A stretch of DNA of 64,000 nt from Candidatus Latescibacterota bacterium (GTDB lineage Bacteria; Latescibacterota; UBA2968). The notes under the pieces are model-generated. The model was given only the letters and a program-made list of their open reading frames with translations. It was not told where the DNA came from and searched no databases. The position numbers were made by a program, and so were the translations under genes. This document shows positions 1-9,903 of this stretch, piece by piece. The stretch lies in assembly GCA_965208125.1 (NCBI GenBank), contig OZ242320.1:128001-192000 (forward strand), written 5' to 3'. Every line of letters starts with the position of its first letter. Positions within the stretch are counted from its first letter, which is position 1.

Positions 1-1
1 A

Positions 2-226
2 CGGGTGTTTGAACTCGGCACGCGCGATTGTATTGGGCTTGTTGATCTGCCCATATGTGCCTGTGATCGCCTGCCCGTATTGACCTTGCCGGGAAAGCGG
101 ACCATTCGACCAAATCGGGCGGAAATCGCCCAAAATCCACGGGCACGCAGCGCAACACTTCGCGTGGCGCAACGCCTCGGTGTTTCCGCTCAGCCCTGGT
201 TATGCCATCAAGGATCTCTGTCGTGA
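2..226 (+). CDS. rsmH: 16S rRNA m4C methyltransferase RsmH/MraW, C-terminal end (5'-truncated by window)
   Basis: C-terminal signature 'CAC...IRPNRAEIAQNPRARSATLR'; immediately upstream of ftsL-ftsI. Confidence 0.88.
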   Translation, partial: RVFELGTRDCIGLVDLPICACDRLPVLTLPGKRTIRPNRAEIAQNPRARSATLRVAQRLGVSAQPWLCHQGSLS

Positions 227-516
227 CTTCAGAACCGCGCCCGCCCTGGGGGATTTATCGCTCTGGTTTTTTATCGGTCATTCTCCTCGTTGCGGGATTG
301 CTAATTTATATGTGGGGACATGTACAAACCCAGAGTCAGGGGCGTGAAATTGATCGCCTGCGTGCAGAGAAAAAAAACCTTTTGCACCAGCAAGAGCGCC
401 TCCTGGCACGCACAGCGAGTTTGAAGCAGAGCAATCGCATCCGCGATATTGCCGTTCGAGAATTGGGCATGGTGTTTCCAAGTGATCCACCGAAAAATTT
501 GTATTTGAGTCGATAA
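202..516 (+). CDS. ftsL: Cell division protein FtsL
   Basis: 104 aa, one TM helix, coiled coil, 'RIRDIAVRELGMVFP' motif; between rsmH and ftsI. Confidence 0.85.
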   Translation: MPSRISVVTSEPRPPWGIYRSGFLSVILLVAGLLIYMWGHVQTQSQGREIDRLRAEKKNLLHQQERLLARTASLKQSNRIRDIAVRELGMVFPSDPPKNLYLSR

Positions 517-2594
517 TGAATATTCGCTTAAGAATAATCGCGCTTTTCGGTATGGGATTCGCGCTACTTTTGGCGTTTCGGCTGGTTTCTCTACAAGTCT
601 GGTCAGTGGAGACATACGCAGATCAGGCGCGCAGTCAGCATGTCAAGAAGCGGGTTTTACTGGCAGAAAGAGGGCGCATTTTTGACCGACGCGGCCGGGT
701 GCTGGCGACAAGTCTCGAATCCCAATCGTTCTTTCTCAATCAAATATCCGATCGAGATAGCCTGCGTGCGCTCGCCGTTCGGTTTTCTCGACAATCTGGG
801 CACGATGAGGCAGCGCTTCTCGAAAAGGTAGATCGCTCGCGCTCCTTCGTGTGGCTGGCTCGTCAGGTCATCGATGCACCTACTGGATTGCCAGAAGGTA
901 TCGGGCGCATTGTCGAGATGCGACGCAATTATCCCATGGGGACTCTGGCGGGTCAGGTATTGGGATATACCGATACCGATGGTTTGGGAATTGAAGGCAT
1001 TGAACGCGCTTTTGATCCAATCTTGAGGGGCGAACCAGGTGAGTTATCCGCACGCGTTGACGCGAGAGGTCAAATGCTCAGCACACTCGGCGCAGTTCGG
1101 CAGATGCCAAAAAATGGCGATGATATCACCCTCACCATCGATGCCGATTATCAGGCCATTGCAGAAGAAGAGTTGCTAAAAGGCATGCAGAAATTCAATG
1201 CTAAAAGCGGCATTGCCATCGTGATGGAACCTCATACAGGCGAAATTTTAGCACTGGCAAACGCGCCCTTTTACGATCCAAATGATTTTTCAAAATCAGA
1301 ACTCTGGATACGGCGCAATCGGGCAGTGACCGATCAGTTCGAGCCGGGATCGACCTTTAAGGTTGTGGCATTTGCCGCCGCGTTCGAAGCCGGTTTGGTT
1401 GAGCCGGAAGATAAAATTTTCTGTGAAAATGGCAGAATGCGTATCGCTGGTGGCAAAATACTTCGAGACTCACATCCCAGTGGCTGGCTGACCGTGCGAG
1501 AGGTGATGGAAGAATCGAGCAATATTGGCACGGCTAAAATTGCTCGTAAAGTGAAAAAAGGTCCCTTATATCGCCAGATGCGCTTATTTGGCTTTGGCGC
1601 CAAAACAGGCGTGGATTTGCCGGGCGAAGTCGGCGGTCAACTTCGCCATCCAGATAAATGGTCGGCACGATCATTGGAAACCCTTTCCATTGGGCAAGAG
1701 ATCGCAGTGACCACCCTCCAGGTCGCCGCTGCTTATAGCGCGATTGCCAATGGGGGACGATTGATGACGCCGCGTATTTTCTTAAGAGCTTCTCGCAAAG
1801 ATTCCACAACCGTCGAAGGATCGCGCAGACCAATTCGGCGGGTAATATCGCCCGAAACAGCGCGCACTCTTACCAGTTTCCTCGAAGGCGTTGTCAGTCA
1901 CGGCACCGGTAAAAATGCACGCATAGACGGTTTCCGTGTTGCGGGAAAAACCGGAACAGCGCAACAAGTGAAAGAAGGACAACGCGGATACGATCCCAAT
2001 CGCTATATTCCATCTTTTGTGGGTTTTTTGCCCGTCGAACGCCCCGAACTGTTGTGCCTGGTGGCCATAGATAGTCCTGAAAAGGTGCACTGGGCAAGTC
2101 TGGTTGCCGCGCCTGTGTTTAAACGTATTGTACAGCGAATTTTGAGTCTAAGGCAAACCCCTCTGCGCCACAGCGCCCCCCTGCTCGATGAACAGCCGCC
2201 TCCGCCTCCACGTGCCGATATTCATCTGGTGGGCCTTTCGCGGAAAGCTGCAACTGATGCTCTGAATCGTCTGGGAATGACCTATCAAATTGCAGGCGAA
2301 GGAGATCGCGTTGTTGGACAGCATATTGACATCGAGGAAAATAATGTCTCGTTGTTTTTGGCTTCTGCGCCAATCACGCCTCCCGATCACCGCACAGAGG
2401 CCAAAGGTTCAGACTCGCTTTACATGCCCGATGTGCGCGGAGCACCCGTGCGGCAGGCTGTTGCCCAATTGACACAGTTGGGGTTTCAGATCAAAATTTC
2501 GGGTAGTGGACGGGTGATCGCACAATCGCCCGAACCGGGTGTGGCCGTAAAACCGGGAACAGTATGCACGGTCGAATGCAAACGAGAAAGTTGA
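516..2594 (+). CDS. ftsI: Class B penicillin-binding protein FtsI with C-terminal PASTA domains
   Basis: N-terminal TM, 'RGRIFDR', SxxK (STFK), SxN (SSN), KTGT; 'MPDVRG' PASTA repeat. Confidence 0.93.
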   Translation: MNIRLRIIALFGMGFALLLAFRLVSLQVWSVETYADQARSQHVKKRVLLAERGRIFDRRGRVLATSLESQSFFLNQISDRDSLRALAVRFSRQSGHDEAALLEKVDRSRSFVWLARQVIDAPTGLPEGIGRIVEMRRNYPMGTLAGQVLGYTDTDGLGIEGIERAFDPILRGEPGELSARVDARGQMLSTLGAVRQMPKNGDDITLTIDADYQAIAEEELLKGMQKFNAKSGIAIVMEPHTGEILALANAPFYDPNDFSKSELWIRRNRAVTDQFEPGSTFKVVAFAAAFEAGLVEPEDKIFCENGRMRIAGGKILRDSHPSGWLTVREVMEESSNIGTAKIARKVKKGPLYRQMRLFGFGAKTGVDLPGEVGGQLRHPDKWSARSLETLSIGQEIAVTTLQVAAAYSAIANGGRLMTPRIFLRASRKDSTTVEGSRRPIRRVISPETARTLTSFLEGVVSHGTGKNARIDGFRVAGKTGTAQQVKEGQRGYDPNRYIPSFVGFLPVERPELLCLVAIDSPEKVHWASLVAAPVFKRIVQRILSLRQTPLRHSAPLLDEQPPPPPRADIHLVGLSRKAATDALNRLGMTYQIAGEGDRVVGQHIDIEENNVSLFLASAPITPPDHRTEAKGSDSLYMPDVRGAPVRQAVAQLTQLGFQIKISGSGRVIAQSPEPGVAVKPGTVCTVECKRES

Positions 2595-2597
2595 GAT

Positions 2598-4052
2598 ATG
2601 CGTCTGCAAGAATTGCTATCCGGCGTGCCAGATATCGTGAGGACGCGCGGAAATAATCCCGATATTGGCGGTATTGCAACCCATTCAGGACACGTCAAAG
2701 AAGGCGATATATTTGTCGCGCTCAGTGGCGATGGCGACATTGCAGATCGACATCCATTTATTTTTCAGGCGATTCGGGCAGGTGCTCGAGCTGTTGTTGC
2801 CGAACGCGATGTTGGCGTGGAAAATACGGCTTTTGTTCAAACGGCCAACACGCACCGCGCACTTGCACACATTGCCCATCGCTTTTACAACAAGCCGAGT
2901 AAGCAGTTGAAAATGATCGGTGTTACGGGCACCAATGGCAAAACCTCGACTGTTTATCTCATTCGCGCGATGCTCGATGCGGCTGGTTTTGCACCGGGTT
3001 TGATTGGAACTATTGAGCACGACCTCGGCACAACACGCGAAGTATCGCACAATTCTACGCCGCAGGGCCACGACTTACACCGCATGTTTCGCGCTATGGT
3101 CGATGCGGGATGTCGGTCAGCCGCGATGGAAGTGACCTCACACGGTCTGGCACAAAACCGCGTGTTGGGCATTGATTACGAAGTTGCGGTATTTACCAAC
3201 CTGACACGCGATCATCTGGATTACCACAACACGCCTGACGCCTATTTGGCTGCCAAGGCACGGCTCTTTGACAATCTCAGATCGGATGCTTATGCAGTCG
3301 TCAATACAGACGACGCGGCATCGAAAATATTGATGCAAAAATGTTCGGCGCACTTTTTGGGCTATGGATGCTCGGAAGATGCGGCAGTGCGCATTTTAGA
3401 AGGTAGCACTTCACAGGACGGTACGCGACTTTGCTTGCAAACACCGCATGGACAGATGGACCTGGAACTGGCACTGCGGGGCGATTTTCAGTTGTATAAT
3501 GCCACAGCGGCAGTCACTGCTGGCCTCGCATTGGAGATCGAACCTGACATCATCGCAGATGCTTTGCGCGAAATTCGGATTCCAGGTCGTTTTGAAGGCA
3601 TTGATTGCGGACAAGATTTTGGGGTATTTGTCGATTATGCACACGCCCCAGATGGACTAAAAAATGTGCTTCAAACCGCACGCGCATTTGCTCGTGGGCA
3701 ATTGATTTGCGTATTTGGTTGCGGCGGAGACCGAGATAAGGGCAAGCGACCTGTGATGGGCGACCTGTCCGCAAAGTTGGCCGATCTATCTGTGGTGACA
3801 TCAGATAATCCACGCACCGAAGATCCCGATGCCATCATTGCCGATATTTTGCCCGGCCTGGGCGATGCCCCGCACATCGTTGAACCCAATCGCCAGCGGG
3901 CAATTGAAAAAGCCATTGCAAAAGCGAGGGCAGGCGACCTCGTGCTCATTGCGGGTAAGGGGCACGAAAATTATCAGGAAATCAATGGGATAAAAACCCC
4001 TTTTGACGATCGGGAAGTTGCACGGGAAATACTCAAGTGCAAAGTGGGGTAA
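2598..4052 (+). CDS. murE: UDP-MurNAc-Ala-Glu:meso-DAP ligase
   Basis: GVTGTNGKT, DHLDYH, DYAH, DNPR (DAP specificity), GKGHE. Confidence 0.95.
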   Translation: MRLQELLSGVPDIVRTRGNNPDIGGIATHSGHVKEGDIFVALSGDGDIADRHPFIFQAIRAGARAVVAERDVGVENTAFVQTANTHRALAHIAHRFYNKPSKQLKMIGVTGTNGKTSTVYLIRAMLDAAGFAPGLIGTIEHDLGTTREVSHNSTPQGHDLHRMFRAMVDAGCRSAAMEVTSHGLAQNRVLGIDYEVAVFTNLTRDHLDYHNTPDAYLAAKARLFDNLRSDAYAVVNTDDAASKILMQKCSAHFLGYGCSEDAAVRILEGSTSQDGTRLCLQTPHGQMDLELALRGDFQLYNATAAVTAGLALEIEPDIIADALREIRIPGRFEGIDCGQDFGVFVDYAHAPDGLKNVLQTARAFARGQLICVFGCGGDRDKGKRPVMGDLSAKLADLSVVTSDNPRTEDPDAIIADILPGLGDAPHIVEPNRQRAIEKAIAKARAGDLVLIAGKGHENYQEINGIKTPFDDREVAREILKCKVG

Positions 4053-5434
4053 TGGGTTATATGGAAGGATTAACACTATCAGATGTAATTGAATCGACCC
4101 GTGGTCACTGGATTGGACAGAATGATCCTTCCTCTATTGTGCCAACAGGGGTCAGTATTGATACAAGGACGCTCAAACCAGGCGAAATTTTCTTTGCATT
4201 GTCCGGCGAAAAGGTCGATGGTCACCAATTTTTGGACGCTGCATTTGCCAGAGGGGCCTGTGCTGCAGTAGTCACGAAGTCTGGTGCTCGGGAATCGCGG
4301 CAATCAGAACTGTTGATCGTCGTCGATGCTCCCGATTTGGCCCTGGGCGATCTGGCGCGGTCTTATCGCAGGCGTTTCGATATTCCCGTTATTGGTATTA
4401 CGGGTAGCAGCGGCAAAACCACGACTAAAGATATGGTCGCCGCTGTTTTGAGCACGCGGTATCGGGTTTTGGCGACAAAGGGAAATCTCAATAATAGACT
4501 GGGGGTACCGCTCACCTTATTCAACCTGTCGGCACATTGCGATGTCGCAGTTATTGAAATGGGCATTAGCGAACGCGGTGAGATGCGCTATCTGTGCGAA
4601 ATTGTGCAACCAACCATCGGCATGATAACCAATATCGGACCAGCACATCTCGAGTTTTTCGGCTCTGTGGAGGGTGTGGCAAAAGCCAAAGGGGAACTTC
4701 TGGAATATCTAGACGAGTCTTCTATGACTATCTTGAATCTCGATGACCTGTTTTTGTCCAAGGAGATAGCAAAAGTTAAGGGGAGACTCCTGGGCATTGG
4801 CATCGAACGGATATGTCAATTTCGTGGGGAGGGACTCAAACTAGATCAGAAGGGCTTTGGTCATTTCTCTCTACAGGGCCATTCTTTTCACCTATCAATT
4901 CCGGGCAAGCACAATGTGTATAACGCGCTGATGGCCGCAACGGCAGGTTGGGCACTCAATGTGCCTCTACAAGATGCGGCACAAGCACTTGAAAATTTCA
5001 CGCTGACCAAACTGAGAAGTCAGGTACTGGAATACAATGGGATTCGTATGATCAACGACACTTACAACGCCAATCCCGCATCAATGCGGGCAGCGCTTGA
5101 GACCTTATCGCAAATCGAGGTGGATGGTCGGAGGATCGCAGTAGTGGGTGATATGCGCGAATTAGGAGCAATTACCCACGACGCACACCGGGCATTGGGG
5201 CACGATGTGGGCAATCGGCAAATTGACGCACTCTTCGCTTTGGGCGACCTGGCAGAGGTGGTCGTTGAAGGGGCGCGCGAAGCAGGTATAGATCAGGCGT
5301 GGGCCTATGCAGATCAGGATGTGTTAACCGGAGCATTGCAGGCTTATTTGAGACCTGGAGACTTGATGCTCATCAAGGGATCACGCGGCATTGCAATGGA
5401 AAGAATAGTTACAGCACTGGGATTTGAAATGTAG
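4052..5434 (+). CDS. murF: UDP-MurNAc-tripeptide:D-Ala-D-Ala ligase
   Basis: GITGSSGKTTTK, NLNN, DTYNANP, KGSR; TAATG overlap with murE. Confidence 0.95.
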   Translation: MGYMEGLTLSDVIESTRGHWIGQNDPSSIVPTGVSIDTRTLKPGEIFFALSGEKVDGHQFLDAAFARGACAAVVTKSGARESRQSELLIVVDAPDLALGDLARSYRRRFDIPVIGITGSSGKTTTKDMVAAVLSTRYRVLATKGNLNNRLGVPLTLFNLSAHCDVAVIEMGISERGEMRYLCEIVQPTIGMITNIGPAHLEFFGSVEGVAKAKGELLEYLDESSMTILNLDDLFLSKEIAKVKGRLLGIGIERICQFRGEGLKLDQKGFGHFSLQGHSFHLSIPGKHNVYNALMAATAGWALNVPLQDAAQALENFTLTKLRSQVLEYNGIRMINDTYNANPASMRAALETLSQIEVDGRRIAVVGDMRELGAITHDAHRALGHDVGNRQIDALFALGDLAEVVVEGAREAGIDQAWAYADQDVLTGALQAYLRPGDLMLIKGSRGIAMERIVTALGFEM

Positions 5435-5440
5435 GACGAG

Positions 5441-5525
5441 TCAGCTATCGGCCATTAGCTCTCAGCCCACCCTTCCACCATCCCGGCTTAGATAGATAGG
5501 CTGACAGATCGCTGACTGCTGATGG
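5441..5525. repeat. Heptamer tandem/inverted repeat array (TCAGCNN ... GCTGANN)
   Basis: TCAGCTA TCGGCCA TTAGCTC TCAGC (5441-5466) and GCTGACA..GCTGACT GCTGATG (5500-5525). Confidence 0.75.
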
Positions 5526-5535
5526 TTTTTACATT

Positions 5536-6741
5536 ATGACACTGACAAATGAACAAAGAGATGATCGAACCTGGATTTTGCTGCTACTCATTGTGGTTAT
5601 GCTGGTGGGCTTTGGCACAGTAATAATGTATAGTGCCAGTTCTGGATTGGCGCAACTGCGATTTGACAACGGCAATTTTTTTCTCAACCGCTGGGCTATT
5701 CGCATGGCCATCAGTTTGGTTGTGATGGTTCTGCTGATTCACATAGACTATCGCGTCTGGCGCAAACAGGCGCGTTTGATGCTGGTGATAGCTTTTGGTT
5801 TTTTGCTCGTGGTGCTCATCCTCAAGCTACTTGGCATTGGCGGAGTGCGAGGTGCGTATCGCTGGATACCGTTGCCGGGGGGGCAATTTCAACCCGCTGA
5901 TATGATGCGCGTAGTTCTGGTACTTTACCTGGCCGATTCCCTGACACGCCGCCAGGATGTAATTGAAAATTTCAAATCGGGCTTTTTACCGCATGCCGTG
6001 GTAATCGGTACGGCAATGGTGATGATCTTGATACAACCCGATTTGGGGACGGCGGTGGCGATTGGGCTAACCTGTGCATTGATGCTCTTTCTGGGCGGTG
6101 TGCGATTGCGACACCTCATGGCGACAGGCGCAGGTCTTTTGCCCGTTCTGTATGTGATTGTTTTTGTTTTTGGGTATCGCCGCGAGCGCGTGATGACATT
6201 TATATTTCCCAGCGACGATGTGCAAAATACGGGCTATCACCTCGCGCAATCCCTTCTCGCCCTAGGCAGTGGTGGATTTTGGGGCACGGGCCTGGGACAG
6301 GGCCAGCAAAAATATTTCTTTTTGCCCGAGCCTCATACCGATTTTGTATTTAGCATTGTGGGCGAAGAGCTCGGTTTGTGGGGCACCATGCTCGTTTTAA
6401 TTTTGTTTTTCATTTTTGGGAGGTGCGGATTTCGCATTGCCCGCACAGCCCCCGACACCTTTGGTTTTTTGCTCGCTTCTGGCATTACCATTACGATTCT
6501 AACTTATGCTCTAATCAACATGGGTGTGGCTACCGGATTGCTGCCTATCACGGGACTTCCCCTTCCCTTTATCAGCTATGGTGGTTCATCCTTAATGTTT
6601 ACACTCTCCGCGACAGGTGTACTCATTGGCATTGGGCGGGCGAGTACTCGAAACAAAACCCGTCACTCACCTGCTGCATCGCAAACCATTCCCCGGCGCG
6701 CGATGTACAGACGACATCATCTCATCACTCCCCGACGTTGA
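5536..6741 (+). CDS. ftsW: SEDS peptidoglycan polymerase FtsW
   Basis: Polytopic membrane protein; GAYRW, QPDLGT, LPEPHTDF, PFISYGGSS. Confidence 0.95.
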   Translation: MTLTNEQRDDRTWILLLLIVVMLVGFGTVIMYSASSGLAQLRFDNGNFFLNRWAIRMAISLVVMVLLIHIDYRVWRKQARLMLVIAFGFLLVVLILKLLGIGGVRGAYRWIPLPGGQFQPADMMRVVLVLYLADSLTRRQDVIENFKSGFLPHAVVIGTAMVMILIQPDLGTAVAIGLTCALMLFLGGVRLRHLMATGAGLLPVLYVIVFVFGYRRERVMTFIFPSDDVQNTGYHLAQSLLALGSGGFWGTGLGQGQQKYFFLPEPHTDFVFSIVGEELGLWGTMLVLILFFIFGRCGFRIARTAPDTFGFLLASGITITILTYALINMGVATGLLPITGLPLPFISYGGSSLMFTLSATGVLIGIGRASTRNKTRHSPAASQTIPRRAMYRRHHLITPRR

Positions 6742-6752
6742 ACGATTTCAAA

Positions 6753-8114
6753 ATGGTCTCATTCGACGCTGGAACCCGGGTGCATTTTATCGGCATTGGC
6801 GGCATAAGCATGAGCGCGCTGGCCGAATTGCTCGCCGCACGAGGATGCCTCATTTCGGGTTCTGACCGGCAGGATTCTCCGCTCATTCGGCGTTTGGTCC
6901 AACTCGGCATTCCCGTGCGAATTGGACATGCACGCGATGCCATTTCTGGAGCCGACTGCGTCGTTTATACATCGGCGACGGATTCTGAGAATCCCGAAAG
7001 AAAAGCCGCGCGTGAAAAAGGCATTCCCCTGTTGCGCCGTGCAGAATTGCTCGGTCAACTTGTGAATCCACATCCCGCGATATGCGTGGCGGGTACGCAC
7101 GGCAAGACCACCACAACAGCAATGATCTCGACCATGCTCATCACCGCAAACCATGACCCAACAGCTCTTGTAGGTGGTGTGATTTCTGGCTGGGAAACCG
7201 CGTTGCACATTGGTAATGGCGCGCTTTGGGTGGTAGAAGCCGACGAATACGATCGCTCTTTTTTGACATTAAAACCCAAAATTGCCGTAGTGACGGCACT
7301 GGAAGCCGATCACCTCGACTGCTATGAAGATATGAACGACATTCGCGCGACTTTTGAACAATTTGTCAATACCCTGCCCGACGATGGCTGTGCTGTGTTG
7401 TGTGCCGACTCCCCCGAGATACGCAGGCTCAATCTCGATGGGCGATATAAAAAAATAACCTGTGGCTTGACAGGCGGCGATATTCGCGCAACGAATATTG
7501 AACAAGACGGTTTTGGGGTGGCCTTTGACGTATTTGAAAAAAATAGACGGTTGGGGCGCACACGTCTTAAAGTGCCGGGCAAACACAATGTGACCAATGC
7601 CCTATCAGCACTTGGGGTTGGCGTGTATGTCGGCCTCAATTGGGTAGAAATTTGCAGTGGTATGGAAGCATTTCGAGGTGTTCATCGCCGGTTTGAAATA
7701 CTCGGCAAAGCACAGGGTATCGCGGTGGTTGATGATTACGCCCATCACCCCACAGAAATTGCCGCCACACTTCAGGCTGCACGGGCGGGATGGTCTGGCC
7801 GTCTTGTGGTCGCTTTTCAACCACATTTGTACACCCGCACGCGAGATTTTGCGCCCGATTTTGCCCAGGTGTTACAACGGGCCGATCGCGTTTGGATCAC
7901 CGATATTTACCCCGCGCGAGAAGACCCCATTGCGGGTGTTGATGGAAAGTGGCTTGCCGATCAGATTCCCGGCGCAAATTACGCACCTGCGTTAAATGAT
8001 CTAAAATCGGCATTGTTAAACGACTTGCACGCTGACGACCTGCTACTGGTTATGGGTGCTGGAGATATTGAAACAATTGCCCGCGATATTTACCAAATCC
8101 TTAGAGAAATATAA
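6753..8114 (+). CDS. murC: UDP-MurNAc:L-Ala ligase
   Basis: HFIGIGGISMS, GTHGKTTT, EADE, DDYAHHPTE, FQPH. Confidence 0.95.
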   Translation: MVSFDAGTRVHFIGIGGISMSALAELLAARGCLISGSDRQDSPLIRRLVQLGIPVRIGHARDAISGADCVVYTSATDSENPERKAAREKGIPLLRRAELLGQLVNPHPAICVAGTHGKTTTTAMISTMLITANHDPTALVGGVISGWETALHIGNGALWVVEADEYDRSFLTLKPKIAVVTALEADHLDCYEDMNDIRATFEQFVNTLPDDGCAVLCADSPEIRRLNLDGRYKKITCGLTGGDIRATNIEQDGFGVAFDVFEKNRRLGRTRLKVPGKHNVTNALSALGVGVYVGLNWVEICSGMEAFRGVHRRFEILGKAQGIAVVDDYAHHPTEIAATLQAARAGWSGRLVVAFQPHLYTRTRDFAPDFAQVLQRADRVWITDIYPAREDPIAGVDGKWLADQIPGANYAPALNDLKSALLNDLHADDLLLVMGAGDIETIARDIYQILREI

Positions 8115-8118
8115 GGCA

Positions 8119-9036
8119 ATGTACGATGCACGACGCGATTTGCTCGCGAGAAAAATTCAACGCCAATGCCGGGGCAAGCTCAAACGCGATGAACCCCTTG
8201 CCAAACACACAACATTTGGGTTGGGCGGCGCAGCAGACCTCTTTTTTTCACCAGCCGATCTCGGTGATCTGGCCATTGCTGTACCCCTGATCAAAGACGC
8301 TGGGCTTCCAATTTTTCCACTGGGCGGAGGAACAAATACGCTCGTGCGCGACAGCGGATTCCGCGGGCTGGTCATTTCACTTACAACGGGCGCGCGACGC
8401 ATTGAGATTGGGGATGACGAAGGTGTCATACAGGCAGGTGCGAGCACTCAGGTGGTATCTCGGCAATGCCAGCGGGCAGGCAAAACAGGATTGGAATTTG
8501 GATGCGGAATTCCCGGCACCATCGGCGGCGCAATATGGGGCAATGCCGGTGCCTGGGGCGGCGAAATGATGGATTGTGTAAACTGGTTGCGCGGTATTGA
8601 TCTCAGAACGAGTCGAGAAATTTACCTCGAGCAATCCGACATTTCTTTTGGATATCGACACACTGACTTGCCCGATGATCTGCTCATTGTCGAAGCTGGA
8701 TTTCGATTTGCAGAAGGCGATCCCAAAACCATTGCCGCCGAGATGGATCGCATGTTAGCAGAGCGCAAGAGCACGCAACCGCTGTCAAACCGCAGTTCAG
8801 GGTGTATTTTTAAGAATCCACCAGGGCATTCTGCGGGAGCACTCATCGACAGTGCCGGATGCAAAGGAATGGCGATAGGAGCAGTGAAAGTCTCAGATGT
8901 ACACGCCAATTTTATGGTCAACCTCGGCGGGCATTCCACCGAAGATGTACTCGCGCTGATCGCACGGGTTCAAAAGCGCGTTTTTCAGGTTCACAAAATT
9001 GAATTGGAGACAGAAGTAGGAATATTAGGTGAATAA
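8119..9036 (+). CDS. murB: UDP-N-acetylenolpyruvoylglucosamine reductase
   Basis: HTTFGLGG, GGGTN, PGTIGGAIWGNAG, SSGCIFKNP, HANF. Confidence 0.95.
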   Translation: MYDARRDLLARKIQRQCRGKLKRDEPLAKHTTFGLGGAADLFFSPADLGDLAIAVPLIKDAGLPIFPLGGGTNTLVRDSGFRGLVISLTTGARRIEIGDDEGVIQAGASTQVVSRQCQRAGKTGLEFGCGIPGTIGGAIWGNAGAWGGEMMDCVNWLRGIDLRTSREIYLEQSDISFGYRHTDLPDDLLIVEAGFRFAEGDPKTIAAEMDRMLAERKSTQPLSNRSSGCIFKNPPGHSAGALIDSAGCKGMAIGAVKVSDVHANFMVNLGGHSTEDVLALIARVQKRVFQVHKIELETEVGILGE

Positions 9037-9059
9037 TGATCTTTTCCCAGGAGGATTTT

Positions 9060-9875
9060 ATGTCGGAATACAAACCAATCTACATATCTCACAGGTCTAA
9101 AAATATACCGGACGCGGTGAACATGACCCTGGAAACAATCCCTACAACGCAGAAGCACCCGCGAAAGCTTGCGCGCTGGGTAATTGTTATGACGCTGATG
9201 AGCCTGCTGGTTGTGGGCATCCAAAATGCCTATTCATCTCTGGCAGATTCAGATTTCTTTCTCATGACACATATCCGAGTCCACGGCAACTCCATGATGT
9301 CTGAAGCTGAGATCGTGACTCTTGCACAATTGCAGGTGGGCACAAATCTTTTTGCCTGTGATATAACTTCTGCAACGGAACGCGTGGCACAACACCCCGT
9401 GGTCAAAAAAGTGTTGCTACATAGAGAACCGCCGGAAACACTGGTCATTAGCATCGAGGAACGCCACCCTGTTGGGCTGTTGAACACGCCCAACGGTTTG
9501 ATGGGGCTGGATGAGTCCGGCAAAATTTTTCCCCTGCCACCTGCTGCGCAGGTGGATTTGCCCATTCTGACAGGTGTTGATTTACAAAGGGATAAGGATG
9601 GCGCCTGGGCAATTGCTCTGGCGGAATTTGTGACGGAATTGCAAATCCACACGCCGGCGTTTTGGCGCGAAATCTCAGAAATTTGCACAGACAATCCCCA
9701 TTCTGCTACGGTTTATCTGGTGGCCGATGATCTGGCCCTCAAAATGCGTTTTGAAAACCCCGAAAAGCAGATTGGGAATTTCCGGGCCTACACCCAGGCC
9801 TCATCTGGACTTGGCACAGACCTCGCGTATATTGACCTGCGCTATCGGGATCAAGTAATCGTGGGAAGGCGGTAG
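9060..9875 (+). CDS. ftsQ: Cell division protein FtsQ
   Basis: TM helix + POTRA-like region, C-terminal 'YIDLRY'; AGGAGG SD; upstream of ftsA. Confidence 0.88.
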   Translation: MSEYKPIYISHRSKNIPDAVNMTLETIPTTQKHPRKLARWVIVMTLMSLLVVGIQNAYSSLADSDFFLMTHIRVHGNSMMSEAEIVTLAQLQVGTNLFACDITSATERVAQHPVVKKVLLHREPPETLVISIEERHPVGLLNTPNGLMGLDESGKIFPLPPAAQVDLPILTGVDLQRDKDGAWAIALAEFVTELQIHTPAFWREISEICTDNPHSATVYLVADDLALKMRFENPEKQIGNFRAYTQASSGLGTDLAYIDLRYRDQVIVGRR

Positions 9876-9903
9876 TAGTTCATTAGTGAAAGGGACCCAC
9901 ACG

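Noticed and set aside
6378-6752. Long N-terminal extensions in the ORF track for murC (also kdgK, slyD, frdA, GH13, amtB, porV-like)
   Set aside because: They overlap upstream genes, promoters or repeats; downstream starts with SD motifs match family N-termini.
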